From NCBI GenBank assembly GCA_902778125.1, contig CACYWH010000012.1, positions 1 to 60,047 on the forward strand: DNA of 60,047 bases. The letters are read 5' to 3'. Of this stretch, positions 48,757-59,078 are shown one piece after another. The notes under the pieces were generated by a model. The model searched no databases, was not told the DNA's origin, and was given only the letters and a program-made list of their open reading frames with translations. Made by a program: the position numbers and the translations under genes. This DNA comes from an uncultured Erysipelotrichaceae bacterium (GTDB lineage: Bacteria > Bacillota_I > Bacilli_A > RF39 > UBA660). How positions within the stretch are numbered: the first letter of the stretch is position 1; the number at the start of each line of letters is the position of its first letter.

Positions 48757-51700
48757 CTATTTTATAATAATATATTTTACAACAGTTCCAATAGCGGAAC
48801 TATCATCGTACAAGATAAATTCCAATTTATATGTACCACTAATTAAATTATCTTTTAAATTAAATGTGAAACTTGAATTATCTGTAGGTCGTTGCAATGC
48901 AACATATTCTTTTTCAACAAATCCATTAGATAATGCACCTGAGAAATAATCCTTAGCATCAACTAATGTCCATGTAGTATCATATACTTCATCATAATTT
49001 CTTCTATACATCTTGAAATTCAATTTTGGATTTCTAAGACCAGAATTATAACTTACATTATAAATAATACTATTTTCTTCGTTAGCATTCAAGCCTGTAG
49101 ATGCATCAATTATCATTTCTTCACTAGTTGTTTCAATATCCAATCCATAGATTTCATTTACAATTTCAATATTAAAATCAACATGATCAGAACTATTTAA
49201 ACCATAGTATATACCATCTGGAGAACCAAATGATTCTACTCTTAAAATGTAATTTCCAGATGCTATTTTAGATGTACCTGTATTTACTATTAACCATTTT
49301 TCAGCACTATCAACTTTATCAGCTACCTTAATTCTAGTTGTACCATCAATATTAGGATAGTATCTAACTCCGTCTATTTGATAATATAAACCTAATAAAG
49401 TGGTTCCAGGAACAACGCTTAAATCTTCATTTAATAATGACACTTTTATTCCAAGTTTTGAATCAAAATAATGAGTATCATAAATTACTACAGATCCAAC
49501 CATAGATTGCGTGTAATCTATTTCTAAATCCGCTATCATTGCTTCTCCAGCATATATTTTTTCCTTATCAATTGTTCCATTAATATCAATAAGTGCATCT
49601 CTATCAACATAAACATTATAAGTTAAATTATCATGTTGAGGTGCTAAAACACTATAAATTGTGTCTTCATCTGCATTTAACATTTCAATTAATAATTTAT
49701 TTCTTAATTGATCAGCAGTAATGTTAGTATCTCCAAAGTCAATTATAAATACAAAATCTTCATTACAATAATTACCAGTTGAACAATATGAAACATTTTT
49801 AGTAGCGTCATTATAGTAAACACCACTATTTAGAGCTCCCATTGCTTCAAATAATGAAAGTTTATAATCCGTTTCGCCAACTGCTGCAACATCTGCAGTA
49901 GCACGTGCAACATCTACATTATCTATTACATGATAATAATATTCGGGATTATTACCACTTAAATCAATCATAGTTATCTTTGTATCAAGTGGTAATACGT
50001 ATGTAGAAACAAGTGCTCTATGATATCCTTCCCTATAAGTATTACTACCAACATTGAATAATGAATAGTAAGCACTTATTGAGGAAGATGAAGTAATATT
50101 TGTAGCAGTTGATGTAAATAAATCATATTTTCTACCTGCTGTCATTGCACCTTCGTAATCTACCGTACTAATTAAAGTTCTTGACATCTCTACAGTGATT
50201 ATAAGTCTCTTAGTTTCTTTAGTAAGAGCATCTATTTGTCTAATTGACATTAATTGTATTCTTACTTTACCTAGCGATCCAGAATTAGAAACATTCTTAG
50301 AGTGATGTAGATAGAATAATAGTGATGGTGCTCCTTCATTGTTTCCACCAATATATTCTTCAGTACCTTTTACTGATTCATTTGAATCTGATAAAAACGA
50401 TGTAGAACCATTTACTAACCATCCAATATTACTTGTTTCCATACTTAATCCAAAAATAGTATTAGCTTCATTTTCAGTATCAGCTATCTTCTTTACATTT
50501 CGTTTTTCTATTAACTGAATTCCAGACTCTAACTCACTATAATCAAATCCTAAAACTTGGAAACTTGTGTTTGGATCAGTGAAATCTCTTAAAGATAACT
50601 CTGTTGTACCAAGTGTAGAATACTTAGATGCAGAAAGTTCAACAGTATATTCGATTACTCCTTCACCTATGGTCCACATATATAAAGGTCCAGTAGGAGG
50701 TGTAGGTGTAATATAATCCATCATATTTGTACTAGTTTCTTCATCCATATAATTTGAATAGAAACCATCTACTTCAATATCATGATTTGTTTTATGTAAT
50801 CCAAGTACATAAGCAGTTACATTATCAAATACTCCTCCCCAATCAAGAGTATCACCATAATCATGCTTGTCATAAATACCTCTATAAATATTATTATTAG
50901 AATCATATCTATACATTCCAAAGAATGTCATACCAGAAACCTCACCATAATCGGTAACGTTTTGGTTCTTTGCAATATTTAATACATTTTGAACTTTTGC
51001 AGTTAACATATATATTCTGTTATCTGTATTCTTTGTTACATTTCCAGTATCCTTATTTATTGTTACCGCAGCTTTATCACCGCTAGATGTTAAGCTCTTA
51101 AATTCTTGTAATAAGTTTGCACCAGTTTCTAAATATAATGTAGAATTATTAACTAAATCTAATTCATCTATTCTTGATAAACTAAATAATACATCAGAGA
51201 ATTCATTTTCTCTATCTGTCGCACCTTTTAGAATTATAGATGAATTATCAATTACAACTTTATCGCATCTTTGAATAGAGGTGTTTTTCTTTGGATTACT
51301 AAATGTACCATAATTTTTTATAGTAATCAAACTAGGTCCTGAAGTAGTAGAAGCATTTCCACTACCAAATATAGATCCGCCTATTGTAAATACTTCTCTA
51401 TTATTTCCATTGATACTTACATTAGTACCTCTTGTAACACTAACGAATGTCCAGTCGTAAACATCAGATCCTGAAGCATTTGCTTCACCACCACCGAACA
51501 CAGTTCCAGTAATTGCAACATTTCCTTTAGTTACATCGTTAACTAATGTAACATCATCACCTATGTTAACCATTGTTTGGCCAAAAACTTTTGACGTGTT
51601 TGCTCCACCATATACATTTCCGTAAATTGTTGCACCTGCTATGTTAACACTAGCGATAGAATTATTTGTACTTTCACTACCTGTTATAGCGGCATTTCCA

Positions 51701-54700
51701 CCGCCAAATACAGAACATGTACTAAGTACTGTACAAGATGGAGATCCAACACTTGTTGTTCCACCAACAAGTATATTCGTATTTCCCATAACAGTCGCAG
51801 ATGAACCATTTCCTCCAGCATAAGCACTTCCACCTATTGTACCATTATTTATAACTACATTTGTACTTCCTAGAACTTTACCATTATTTCCACCACCGTA
51901 GATGTTTCCAGTAGTAGTACTATTATATATTTTTAATGAAGTATTTCCATTAACATTAGCAGTAGATCCGTTTCCTCCGCCAAATGCTGAAATACCTGCA
52001 TTTGCATTGCTTATTTTAACGTCAGTAGAACCAAGAACGCTTCCTTGATTTCCTCCACCATAAATATAAGTTGAAACTGTTCCTCCGGTCATATCTATTT
52101 TTGTATTTCCAGTAACATTTGCAGCATTTCCTCCGCCATATAATATGTTAATAGTTCCATTTGTGACTTTTACATCAGTAGTATTAGTTTGAGCTTGGTT
52201 TCCTCCACCATATACACTAGTTATTGTTCCATTATTAACTTCAACATTAGCATTCGTAGTTGTACCACCGGCATTATTACCACCATATAAAACGTCTATT
52301 GTTCCGTTGTCAACCTGTACATTTGATGTTCCAACAGTACCACTTTGATTTGAGCCTCCAAATACATTTGTTATATTTACGTTACCGTTTGTTGGAGTGA
52401 CAGTAACATTTGTTACAGTAGCACCAGCTTGATTTCCGCCTCCAAATACATTTGTAATAGTATTTGATACGCCAGTGATTGTTACATTTGTTTCATTATT
52501 AACAACAGCTTGGTTTCCTCCACCATAGATATTTGAAACAGCGCCATTGTTAATTGTTACGCTTGTATCATCAGCTTTAGCTTCGTTTCCTCCGCCAAAT
52601 ATAGTTGTCGTTGTTCCACCATTTAGTATTACAGTTGTTGTTTCAACATCAGCTTTATTACCACCACCATAGACAGTTGTTGAAGTACCATTGTTAATTG
52701 TTACATGTGTATCGTCAGCTTTAGCTTCGTTTCCTCCGCCAAATATAGTTGTCGTTGTTCCACCATTTAGTGTTACATTTGTAGTTGTAACGTCAGCTTT
52801 ATTACCACCACCATAGATAGTTGTTGCACTTCCATTATACATTGTTACATAAGTGGTTCCAGCTTCGGCTTCATTTCCACCACCGTAAACAGAATCAGTT
52901 ATTGTTCCATTATTAATTGTTATATTTGTTGTTCCAGTAGAACCACCAGCATTATTTGAACCATATACATTTCCTATTGTTCCTGTATTAATAGTTACAT
53001 TTGATGTAGTAACATCTCCAGTCTGATTAGATCCACCATAAATATTTGTAACTGTTATTGAAGAATCAGTACTTACTGTTACGTTTGTAGTAGTTACCCC
53101 TACTGAGTTTCCTCCTCCAAATACATTTCCTATTGCACCGTGTTCAACAGTTACGTTTGATGTTGTAACAAGTCCATCTTGATTAGATCCACCATATACG
53201 TTTGTTACATTTATATTATTATTTCCACTTTGTTTATGCAAATTGATTGTGGTAGTTGTAGCTCCTGCTTGGTTTCCTCCTCCATAGATATTTGGAACTA
53301 TATTATTAACATTATAAACATCAATTTTAGTAGTTCCTGTATCTACTAGATTTCCTCCACCATACAGAGCAGTCGTTATACTTCCACCAGTGACAGAAAC
53401 ATTGGTTTCACTACAAGTTCCACCCTCATTGTTTCCACCAAATACTGTCGCAACTTGACCACCTTCAATAGAAATATTAGTTTTTAATACATCGCCTTGT
53501 TGATTTGAGCCGCCATACATCGTTGTAACTCCACCGCCGCGAAGGTAAACGTGTGTATTATCAATTGAGGTTTTATTACCACCACCATATACATTTGTAG
53601 TAACTCCACCATTTATATAAACGGTTGCATCACTGGCAGGTTTTCCGGCTTCATCAAATCCTCCAAATACATTATTAATTGTTCCGTTATTTACTGTTAC
53701 CGTTATTGGCCCAGCAACATAAGGTGTAAATGATGAACTACCTTTTGCTCCTCCAAATACAGAACCTATAACATTTCCATTATTTACTGTTACATTTACT
53801 GTTTTTCTATTTGAACTTGGATTAATAGATGTAGCATTTACTGTACCATAAGCGCTTCCTCCATATACATTTCCATTTATAGTTGGTCCAGAAGTTGATT
53901 GACCTATATTTACACTAACATTTCCATTTACAAACGTTCCATAATTAGTGCTGTCTGTATAACCACCTTCACCGCCACCATAAACGTCAGTATATACTTT
54001 TCCGCCTAAAACATTTACGTTAGTAGAACCATAAATTCTTCCTTTTGTACGAGACCCACCATACACAGAGCCATGCACATTACCATCTTTCATTGTAATA
54101 TTTACATTACATGTGTTACTAGTAGTACCAGCACCATTGTTGTTACCACCACCATACACAGAGCCTTGTATGTCTCCACCATTTACAACTATATTAGTAG
54201 CATAAGTCTTATTAGAGCCATTTTGTCCAGTTGCACCATAATTACCTCCACCATAAACATTTCTATTTATAGTAGCACTACTATTAATTACTATATTTGA
54301 ATTATTAGCAGTACCTATCGAATCGTGCCCTGATTTTCCATTTCCAATTCCAAATACACTACCAGCTTCAACTTCACTATTTGGTTCAATAGAATTATTA
54401 CTTACTAGATCTTCATCTCCAATTGTAGCTGTACCACCAATATAAATGTATGTATCGCCATCAACAGTACTTGTATATTGAGTATCATCTCCTTCAATTC
54501 CATTCGAACCACCAAATACTGCATAATTAATAGTTCCACCAGTGACTTGAATTATTCTATTACCATAAGTTTCACTACGTCCGGCTCCACCAATTATAAT
54601 ATCAATTGATCCACCTTTAACATATATATAGCTATCATTATAATTCTTAATTGATGTTTGTGACAATGGACCACCGATTAGGTTATAAATGTATCCACCT

Positions 54701-57700
54701 TCTACCACAATTTCTCTAGGTGCATCATGCGAACCAGAGTTTCTTCCTCCAACATATATTCCAGCAGCATAATCTGCCTTGTTAGTTCCAAATTGCCCAC
54801 TTTTTACAGTAGTATGTAACATAGGAGTAGTAATATTTTGTCCATGTACATTTCCATACCACGAACCTGACAAACAATAAACTACTGTTAGTTTATCATT
54901 ATCTTCATCATTAACTCTATCATAATCGCAACCAAATGTTCCGTATGAATCAACATACATATTACGTGTTCCAATATAGTTTGTATTTCCACCTGTTGAT
55001 GTTAATCCAAGATTATTATATACTCCAGATTCAACTATAAATGTATGTTTAGTAAATGATGAACTTGAACCAGTATTAGAAATATTTCCTCCAACTGCAT
55101 AAGTAAAACTAGTACGAGAACTATCATAAGCAGTAATTCCTCTTCCAAGTTTCAAATTATAATAGTTACCATAAATACCCGAATATTCAGGATCAGAATA
55201 TCTTGCGCTGTATGTAGCAGGCGTAGTATCATCACTTACTCTAGTTGCACCATTTGCTCTAATTTGTTCTATTCTAGTATCTGCATAACAAATAACATAA
55301 TCATTATTTCTTAAGTTCCAATAATATGTATTAATATAACTTGTTCCATTATTTATAGCAGTTATTGTTACAGGTTTATTTTGACTAGATCCCCATGTTG
55401 ATGTAACTGTACTATTCATTACAACAATGTTAGTATCTCTAGTAGTTTTATAGTAATAGCCACCGCCTTCAACAACTACTTCAGCATCTCCATTTGCATC
55501 ATAATATTGGATAAGTTCATAATAATTATTACATCCTCCGCTTGTAGTACACGTACCAGATGTTAATAATTCACCATTTGTATTATAATAACCAGCCAAA
55601 CTAGCATTTCTTGGTATATTAACATTTCTATAATATCCACTTATAGTTTCTCCTATAGGAACTTCACTTACATAATTATTTCCCACTACTGTTGGATATA
55701 CTCTAGTCATTCTTCCACCTTGAAGTGTGTAATAGTAATTACTATTATTATATGTACCACTAAATGGAACATAACATGAGCAGCCATAGTAACTATATCG
55801 GCTACAGTTACCAGTTAAAGCATCACCATATTGATCTACTGCGCCACTAGGATAAGCTGCTCCTCTATCAATAGTAGTTGAAACATAAACGTTTTCATAA
55901 TTAAGTACATCAGTACTATGTGCAATCGGATGAAATCCAGAAGCATCTAAATTACTAAAAGTGTTAGACCAACTTGAAGAATATGTAGTTACTTTACCAT
56001 TTCCCCATACTGAGTAAAAATCAATTACTATATTGCTTGGATTGTTTCCAGAATATGATACAGGAATTTTTGCTCTTCTTACATATACATCAGTATCTAA
56101 AGTTATTTCAACATCTTCTTCATCAGTAATCCATCCTTGGAATACTTTATTATTAGGTCTTCTAGCAAATGGATTATCTATTAAGTCTACTTCGATATAA
56201 TCATCACTATTATCACCTGTTGTTCCATTATTGTTAACAACATAAACTTTATAATAAATAAACTGATTTTCTGTTTCACTAATTGATACAGTACCGGTGT
56301 AATTACCATTAATATCCGTTCCATGATAATTAATTTGAGTATAAACTAAATTTGTATCACCATATACATTTTTATTTTCTGTTGTTGGAATAGTTCCATT
56401 AGAAGAATATGTATAATTTAATCCTTCGTAATAATTAGCATCACTTTCATAATCATTTACATATACGGTAGTGCCTTCTATACCACTTGCATGCGCAGAA
56501 GGAGCACTTCTTAATGACTTTTTAGCAACTAGTTTTCTACCATCATTTTTTCCATTATTTTGTAATCTAAACGTATTATCCTCAAGTTTCCATTTTAAAG
56601 ATGAACCACTATTTAATAAATTTAGCATAGATTTAACTGGATAATTACCAAAGAAATATAACTTACCATTATTTATATAGTATTCATATATATTTTCATC
56701 ATTATTATAATCATAATTTTTTATTAATTCTAAGCCAGTATTACTCCAAATAATATTTTCTAATTCAGAATCATTATATGAGTTAATAAATAATGTAGTG
56801 TTTTCAAGTTCACTATTTCCTACTATTACAATGTTTTTAAAAGTATTATTTTCTTTATCATTTAACACAAATAATGATGAATTAACTTCTTTTTCATCTT
56901 GCTTATTAACAAGTTTAATATTATTAATACTAATATTGCTAATACTAGATTCCTGCATATCTTTAATTAATCCAACATTTACTTTTTCAATAACTATTTT
57001 CTTTTCGATTACTTCTTCTTCAACTGTTTTTTCACTAGTTATACTTTCTTTTTCATCAGAAGATACATTAGGATCTTCATCATTTGAACTTTTTTCAGAA
57101 TCAGTTGAAATATTAGAATCAGATTCTATTTTTTCTATAACTTCATCTTTTTCTGTTTCACTTTCTTCTACTTTCTTATTTTCTATAACAGATTCTGTTT
57201 CAACTTTATCATTATTTGTAACTGATTCTGTCTCGCTTTTATCACTTTTTTCAGTAGTAGAAGTAGAATCAACTTCATTGTCTTTTGATTCAGTTGGATT
57301 ACTATTATCTTTTGATTCTATATTTTCTTCTGTATTTACAATATTTTCAGGTTCTTTTTCAACTACTAGTTTAAGTACCACATCGTCTACTTTATTTACT
57401 TCAAATGTTATATCAGAAAAATTAATATTCTTAATATCAGCTCCAAATAGATTATTAAATAAAGCATAGTTAGCTTCAGAATTATCCTCGCTTAAATAAT
57501 ATTTATCAATTTTAAAATTGAATATTGAATAACCATTACCATTTAAACTACCACTAAATGATTTATCACTAGCAAATGAAAAACTACGTCCATTTAAATT
57601 GATATTATTGTTAATTTCATAAAATTTATTAAAATACTCATCATGCTCTTCACCATTAATCAATGTAAAGAAATAAGCAAGTTCAGAACCGCTATTAATT

Positions 57701-57888
57701 ATATATGGATCAGTAGATGTTCCACTGCCTGATGCAAACTTACTTGCAATACTTCCATCCCAAACAGAAGATGTAGTTTTTTCACTAAAAGTAGTATATA
57801 TCACAAAAATGTTTACAGCAAAAAATAGAAGTAAACTTACTACTAATAAACGTTTTTCTTTAAGTTTTTGTAAAATATTCTGTAACAT
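48757..57888 (-). CDS. Giant 3043-aa surface adhesin-like protein with GGG beta-solenoid repeats
   Basis: N-terminal hydrophobic helix ending TTFS; WDG...GSGTSTDPYII...EL domain; acidic linker; dozens of (V/I)(Y/F)GGGN repeats of about 24-30 aa; no LPxTG or C-terminal TM. Confidence 0.88.
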   Translation of the reverse strand: MLQNILQKLKEKRLLVVSLLLFFAVNIFVIYTTFSEKTTSSVWDGSIASKFASGSGTSTDPYIINSGSELAYFFTLINGEEHDEYFNKFYEINNNINLNGRSFSFASDKSFSGSLNGNGYSIFNFKIDKYYLSEDNSEANYALFNNLFGADIKNINFSDITFEVNKVDDVVLKLVVEKEPENIVNTEENIESKDNSNPTESKDNEVDSTSTTEKSDKSETESVTNNDKVETESVIENKKVEESETEKDEVIEKIESDSNISTDSEKSSNDEDPNVSSDEKESITSEKTVEEEVIEKKIVIEKVNVGLIKDMQESSISNISINNIKLVNKQDEKEVNSSLFVLNDKENNTFKNIVIVGNSELENTTLFINSYNDSELENIIWSNTGLELIKNYDYNNDENIYEYYINNGKLYFFGNYPVKSMLNLLNSGSSLKWKLEDNTFRLQNNGKNDGRKLVAKKSLRSAPSAHASGIEGTTVYVNDYESDANYYEGLNYTYSSNGTIPTTENKNVYGDTNLVYTQINYHGTDINGNYTGTVSISETENQFIYYKVYVVNNNGTTGDNSDDYIEVDLIDNPFARRPNNKVFQGWITDEEDVEITLDTDVYVRRAKIPVSYSGNNPSNIVIDFYSVWGNGKVTTYSSSWSNTFSNLDASGFHPIAHSTDVLNYENVYVSTTIDRGAAYPSGAVDQYGDALTGNCSRYSYYGCSCYVPFSGTYNNSNYYYTLQGGRMTRVYPTVVGNNYVSEVPIGETISGYYRNVNIPRNASLAGYYNTNGELLTSGTCTTSGGCNNYYELIQYYDANGDAEVVVEGGGYYYKTTRDTNIVVMNSTVTSTWGSSQNKPVTITAINNGTSYINTYYWNLRNNDYVICYADTRIEQIRANGATRVSDDTTPATYSARYSDPEYSGIYGNYYNLKLGRGITAYDSSRTSFTYAVGGNISNTGSSSSFTKHTFIVESGVYNNLGLTSTGGNTNYIGTRNMYVDSYGTFGCDYDRVNDEDNDKLTVVYCLSGSWYGNVHGQNITTPMLHTTVKSGQFGTNKADYAAGIYVGGRNSGSHDAPREIVVEGGYIYNLIGGPLSQTSIKNYNDSYIYVKGGSIDIIIGGAGRSETYGNRIIQVTGGTINYAVFGGSNGIEGDDTQYTSTVDGDTYIYIGGTATIGDEDLVSNNSIEPNSEVEAGSVFGIGNGKSGHDSIGTANNSNIVINSSATINRNVYGGGNYGATGQNGSNKTYATNIVVNGGDIQGSVYGGGNNNGAGTTSNTCNVNITMKDGNVHGSVYGGSRTKGRIYGSTNVNVLGGKVYTDVYGGGEGGYTDSTNYGTFVNGNVSVNIGQSTSGPTINGNVYGGSAYGTVNATSINPSSNRKTVNVTVNNGNVIGSVFGGAKGSSSFTPYVAGPITVTVNNGTINNVFGGFDEAGKPASDATVYINGGVTTNVYGGGNKTSIDNTHVYLRGGGVTTMYGGSNQQGDVLKTNISIEGGQVATVFGGNNEGGTCSETNVSVTGGSITTALYGGGNLVDTGTTKIDVYNVNNIVPNIYGGGNQAGATTTTINLHKQSGNNNINVTNVYGGSNQDGLVTTSNVTVEHGAIGNVFGGGNSVGVTTTNVTVSTDSSITVTNIYGGSNQTGDVTTSNVTINTGTIGNVYGSNNAGGSTGTTNITINNGTITDSVYGGGNEAEAGTTYVTMYNGSATTIYGGGNKADVTTTNVTLNGGTTTTIFGGGNEAKADDTHVTINNGTSTTVYGGGNKADVETTTVILNGGTTTTIFGGGNEAKADDTSVTINNGAVSNIYGGGNQAVVNNETNVTITGVSNTITNVFGGGNQAGATVTNVTVTPTNGNVNITNVFGGSNQSGTVGTSNVQVDNGTIDVLYGGNNAGGTTTNANVEVNNGTITSVYGGGNQAQTNTTDVKVTNGTINILYGGGNAANVTGNTKIDMTGGTVSTYIYGGGNQGSVLGSTDVKISNANAGISAFGGGNGSTANVNGNTSLKIYNSTTTGNIYGGGNNGKVLGSTNVVINNGTIGGSAYAGGNGSSATVMGNTNILVGGTTSVGSPSCTVLSTCSVFGGGNAAITGSESTNNSIASVNIAGATIYGNVYGGANTSKVFGQTMVNIGDDVTLVNDVTKGNVAITGTVFGGGEANASGSDVYDWTFVSVTRGTNVSINGNNREVFTIGGSIFGSGNASTTSGPSLITIKNYGTFSNPKKNTSIQRCDKVVIDNSSIILKGATDRENEFSDVLFSLSRIDELDLVNNSTLYLETGANLLQEFKSLTSSGDKAAVTINKDTGNVTKNTDNRIYMLTAKVQNVLNIAKNQNVTDYGEVSGMTFFGMYRYDSNNNIYRGIYDKHDYGDTLDWGGVFDNVTAYVLGLHKTNHDIEVDGFYSNYMDEETSTNMMDYITPTPPTGPLYMWTIGEGVIEYTVELSASKYSTLGTTELSLRDFTDPNTSFQVLGFDYSELESGIQLIEKRNVKKIADTENEANTIFGLSMETSNIGWLVNGSTSFLSDSNESVKGTEEYIGGNNEGAPSLLFYLHHSKNVSNSGSLGKVRIQLMSIRQIDALTKETKRLIITVEMSRTLISTVDYEGAMTAGRKYDLFTSTATNITSSSSISAYYSLFNVGSNTYREGYHRALVSTYVLPLDTKITMIDLSGNNPEYYYHVIDNVDVARATADVAAVGETDYKLSLFEAMGALNSGVYYNDATKNVSYCSTGNYCNEDFVFIIDFGDTNITADQLRNKLLIEMLNADEDTIYSVLAPQHDNLTYNVYVDRDALIDINGTIDKEKIYAGEAMIADLEIDYTQSMVGSVVIYDTHYFDSKLGIKVSLLNEDLSVVPGTTLLGLYYQIDGVRYYPNIDGTTRIKVADKVDSAEKWLIVNTGTSKIASGNYILRVESFGSPDGIYYGLNSSDHVDFNIEIVNEIYGLDIETTSEEMIIDASTGLNANEENSIIYNVSYNSGLRNPKLNFKMYRRNYDEVYDTTWTLVDAKDYFSGALSNGFVEKEYVALQRPTDNSSFTFNLKDNLISGTYKLEFILYDDSSAIGTVVKYIIIK
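52545..52830. repeat. Near-identical 144-bp tandem duplication within the adhesin repeats
   Basis: TCAGCTTTAGCTTCGTTTCCTCCGCCAAATATAGTTGTCGTTGTTCCACCATTTAGT starts at 52571 and again at 52715; the protein unit is 48 aa. Confidence 0.85.
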
Positions 57889-57917
57889 TTACTACCTACT
57901 TTCCCATTCTAGTTAAA

Positions 57918-57946
57918 ATTATAGCATAAAGATGTCGAATTAACAA
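57918..57946 (-). promoter_or_regulatory. Internal promoter of the adhesin gene with a Spo0A-box match in the spacer
   Basis: TTGTTA (57941-57946)-17 bp-TATAAT (57918-57923) with extended TG; TGTCGAA at 57933-57939. Confidence 0.5.
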
Positions 57947-57970
57947 GATTTTACACTCTTTTTTGCCAAA

Positions 57971-57999
57971 TAAAAAACGGGTTAAAACCCGTTATTTTT
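57971..57999 (-). terminator. Terminator after the 359-aa subunit gene
   Basis: AACGGGTT-AA-AACCCGTT hairpin with T-run on the minus strand. Confidence 0.75.
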
Positions 58000-58002
58000 A
58001 TA

Positions 58003-59073
58003 CTATTCAGCGTCTTGGATTGTTAATCCTAAATTATAAGTTAAGAATGCACCAGAAGCGTTGTTTTCACAATCGTGATCTTGTCCTTCAATCCACATAT
58101 AAACTCTAACTTTAGTAACTCCTTCACTTAATGAGAAGATTTTAACTAAATTAGAATCAGATGCACCTTTTCCATAATAAGAATATGTATCATCATCTGT
58201 CTTAGAATAAGCAACATTAGTTTTCTTAATATTTGCAGTTGGAACTGCTTCAAAATATGTAGAATTTGGTGTTGCTCCACCACCAGGGTTAGTATCCTTT
58301 AAGATGATTGGTGTAGTAATTGGCGCTTTAATTCCAACATAATCAACAGGGTTTTCACCGCTTGTAGCTTCATTTAAAGTAATATTGTAATATTGACTAG
58401 CAGTAGTAACTGCACTACTTGTATGAGCGTCATAATTTGGTTCAACTATAATAGAAGATGTTCCGCCATGTAATGCTTGAGCAGTTTCTGCAGAGTTAGT
58501 AGATGCAGTATTACCTTCAATTACAAAAGCATATCTAGCAGCATATTCTAAATATTTTGGTGATTTACCACTTTGATTAACAACACCTGAACCTCTATCT
58601 AAATAAACATCTGTGTTTTGGTCAACTTTTAAGAAAATGTCGAACGCAACGAAATCAGAAGTAGGATTTTGAGCAGTCAATGCAGCTTCATCAGCTGTTT
58701 TAACAGCAGTTAATGCCATAGCACCATCTAAATCAGTAGCACCTTCAACTGTTCCTCTATAGAAGTTTAGGTATCCATTAGTTACACTACCACTAGTAGA
58801 TACTGGTGTTAACTCTCCAGTTAACATATTTTTATGTCCAGAATATCCAGTAGTAATGTCTGTATTAGTTACCATGGTTTTCCAATTAGTTGCATCAGTA
58901 GAAATTTGTAAACCAGAGCTTGCTGCAATATGTACATCTATAGGATCAATACTTACAGATTTGTTTGCAGTAAACCATGCATATGTTGATGTTGATAATA
59001 ACAATACTGTTAATAAAAGTAACAACACCAATGATTTTAATCTTTTGTTTTTCTTTTCATTTTTCTTAGCCAT
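58003..59073 (-). CDS. Probable major fibre subunit with SipW-class signal peptide (start moved to ATG 59073)
   Basis: Signal ending STYA/WF, GLQIS.DA..WK, LTPVST, VRVYMWIEGQDHDC; close to the promoter and followed by a terminator. Confidence 0.8.
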   Translation of the reverse strand: MAKKNEKKNKRLKSLVLLLLLTVLLLSTSTYAWFTANKSVSIDPIDVHIAASSGLQISTDATNWKTMVTNTDITTGYSGHKNMLTGELTPVSTSGSVTNGYLNFYRGTVEGATDLDGAMALTAVKTADEAALTAQNPTSDFVAFDIFLKVDQNTDVYLDRGSGVVNQSGKSPKYLEYAARYAFVIEGNTASTNSAETAQALHGGTSSIIVEPNYDAHTSSAVTTASQYYNITLNEATSGENPVDYVGIKAPITTPIILKDTNPGGGATPNSTYFEAVPTANIKKTNVAYSKTDDDTYSYYGKGASDSNLVKIFSLSEGVTKVRVYMWIEGQDHDCENNASGAFLTYNLGLTIQDAE

Positions 59074-59078
59074 TAGCC

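Noticed and set aside
56798-57469. Long antisense ORFs (56798..57469, 21935..22489, 35981..36487 and similar short ones)
   Set aside because: They are shadows of well-supported genes on the opposite strand, with low-complexity Ser/Phe/Leu/Ile composition.
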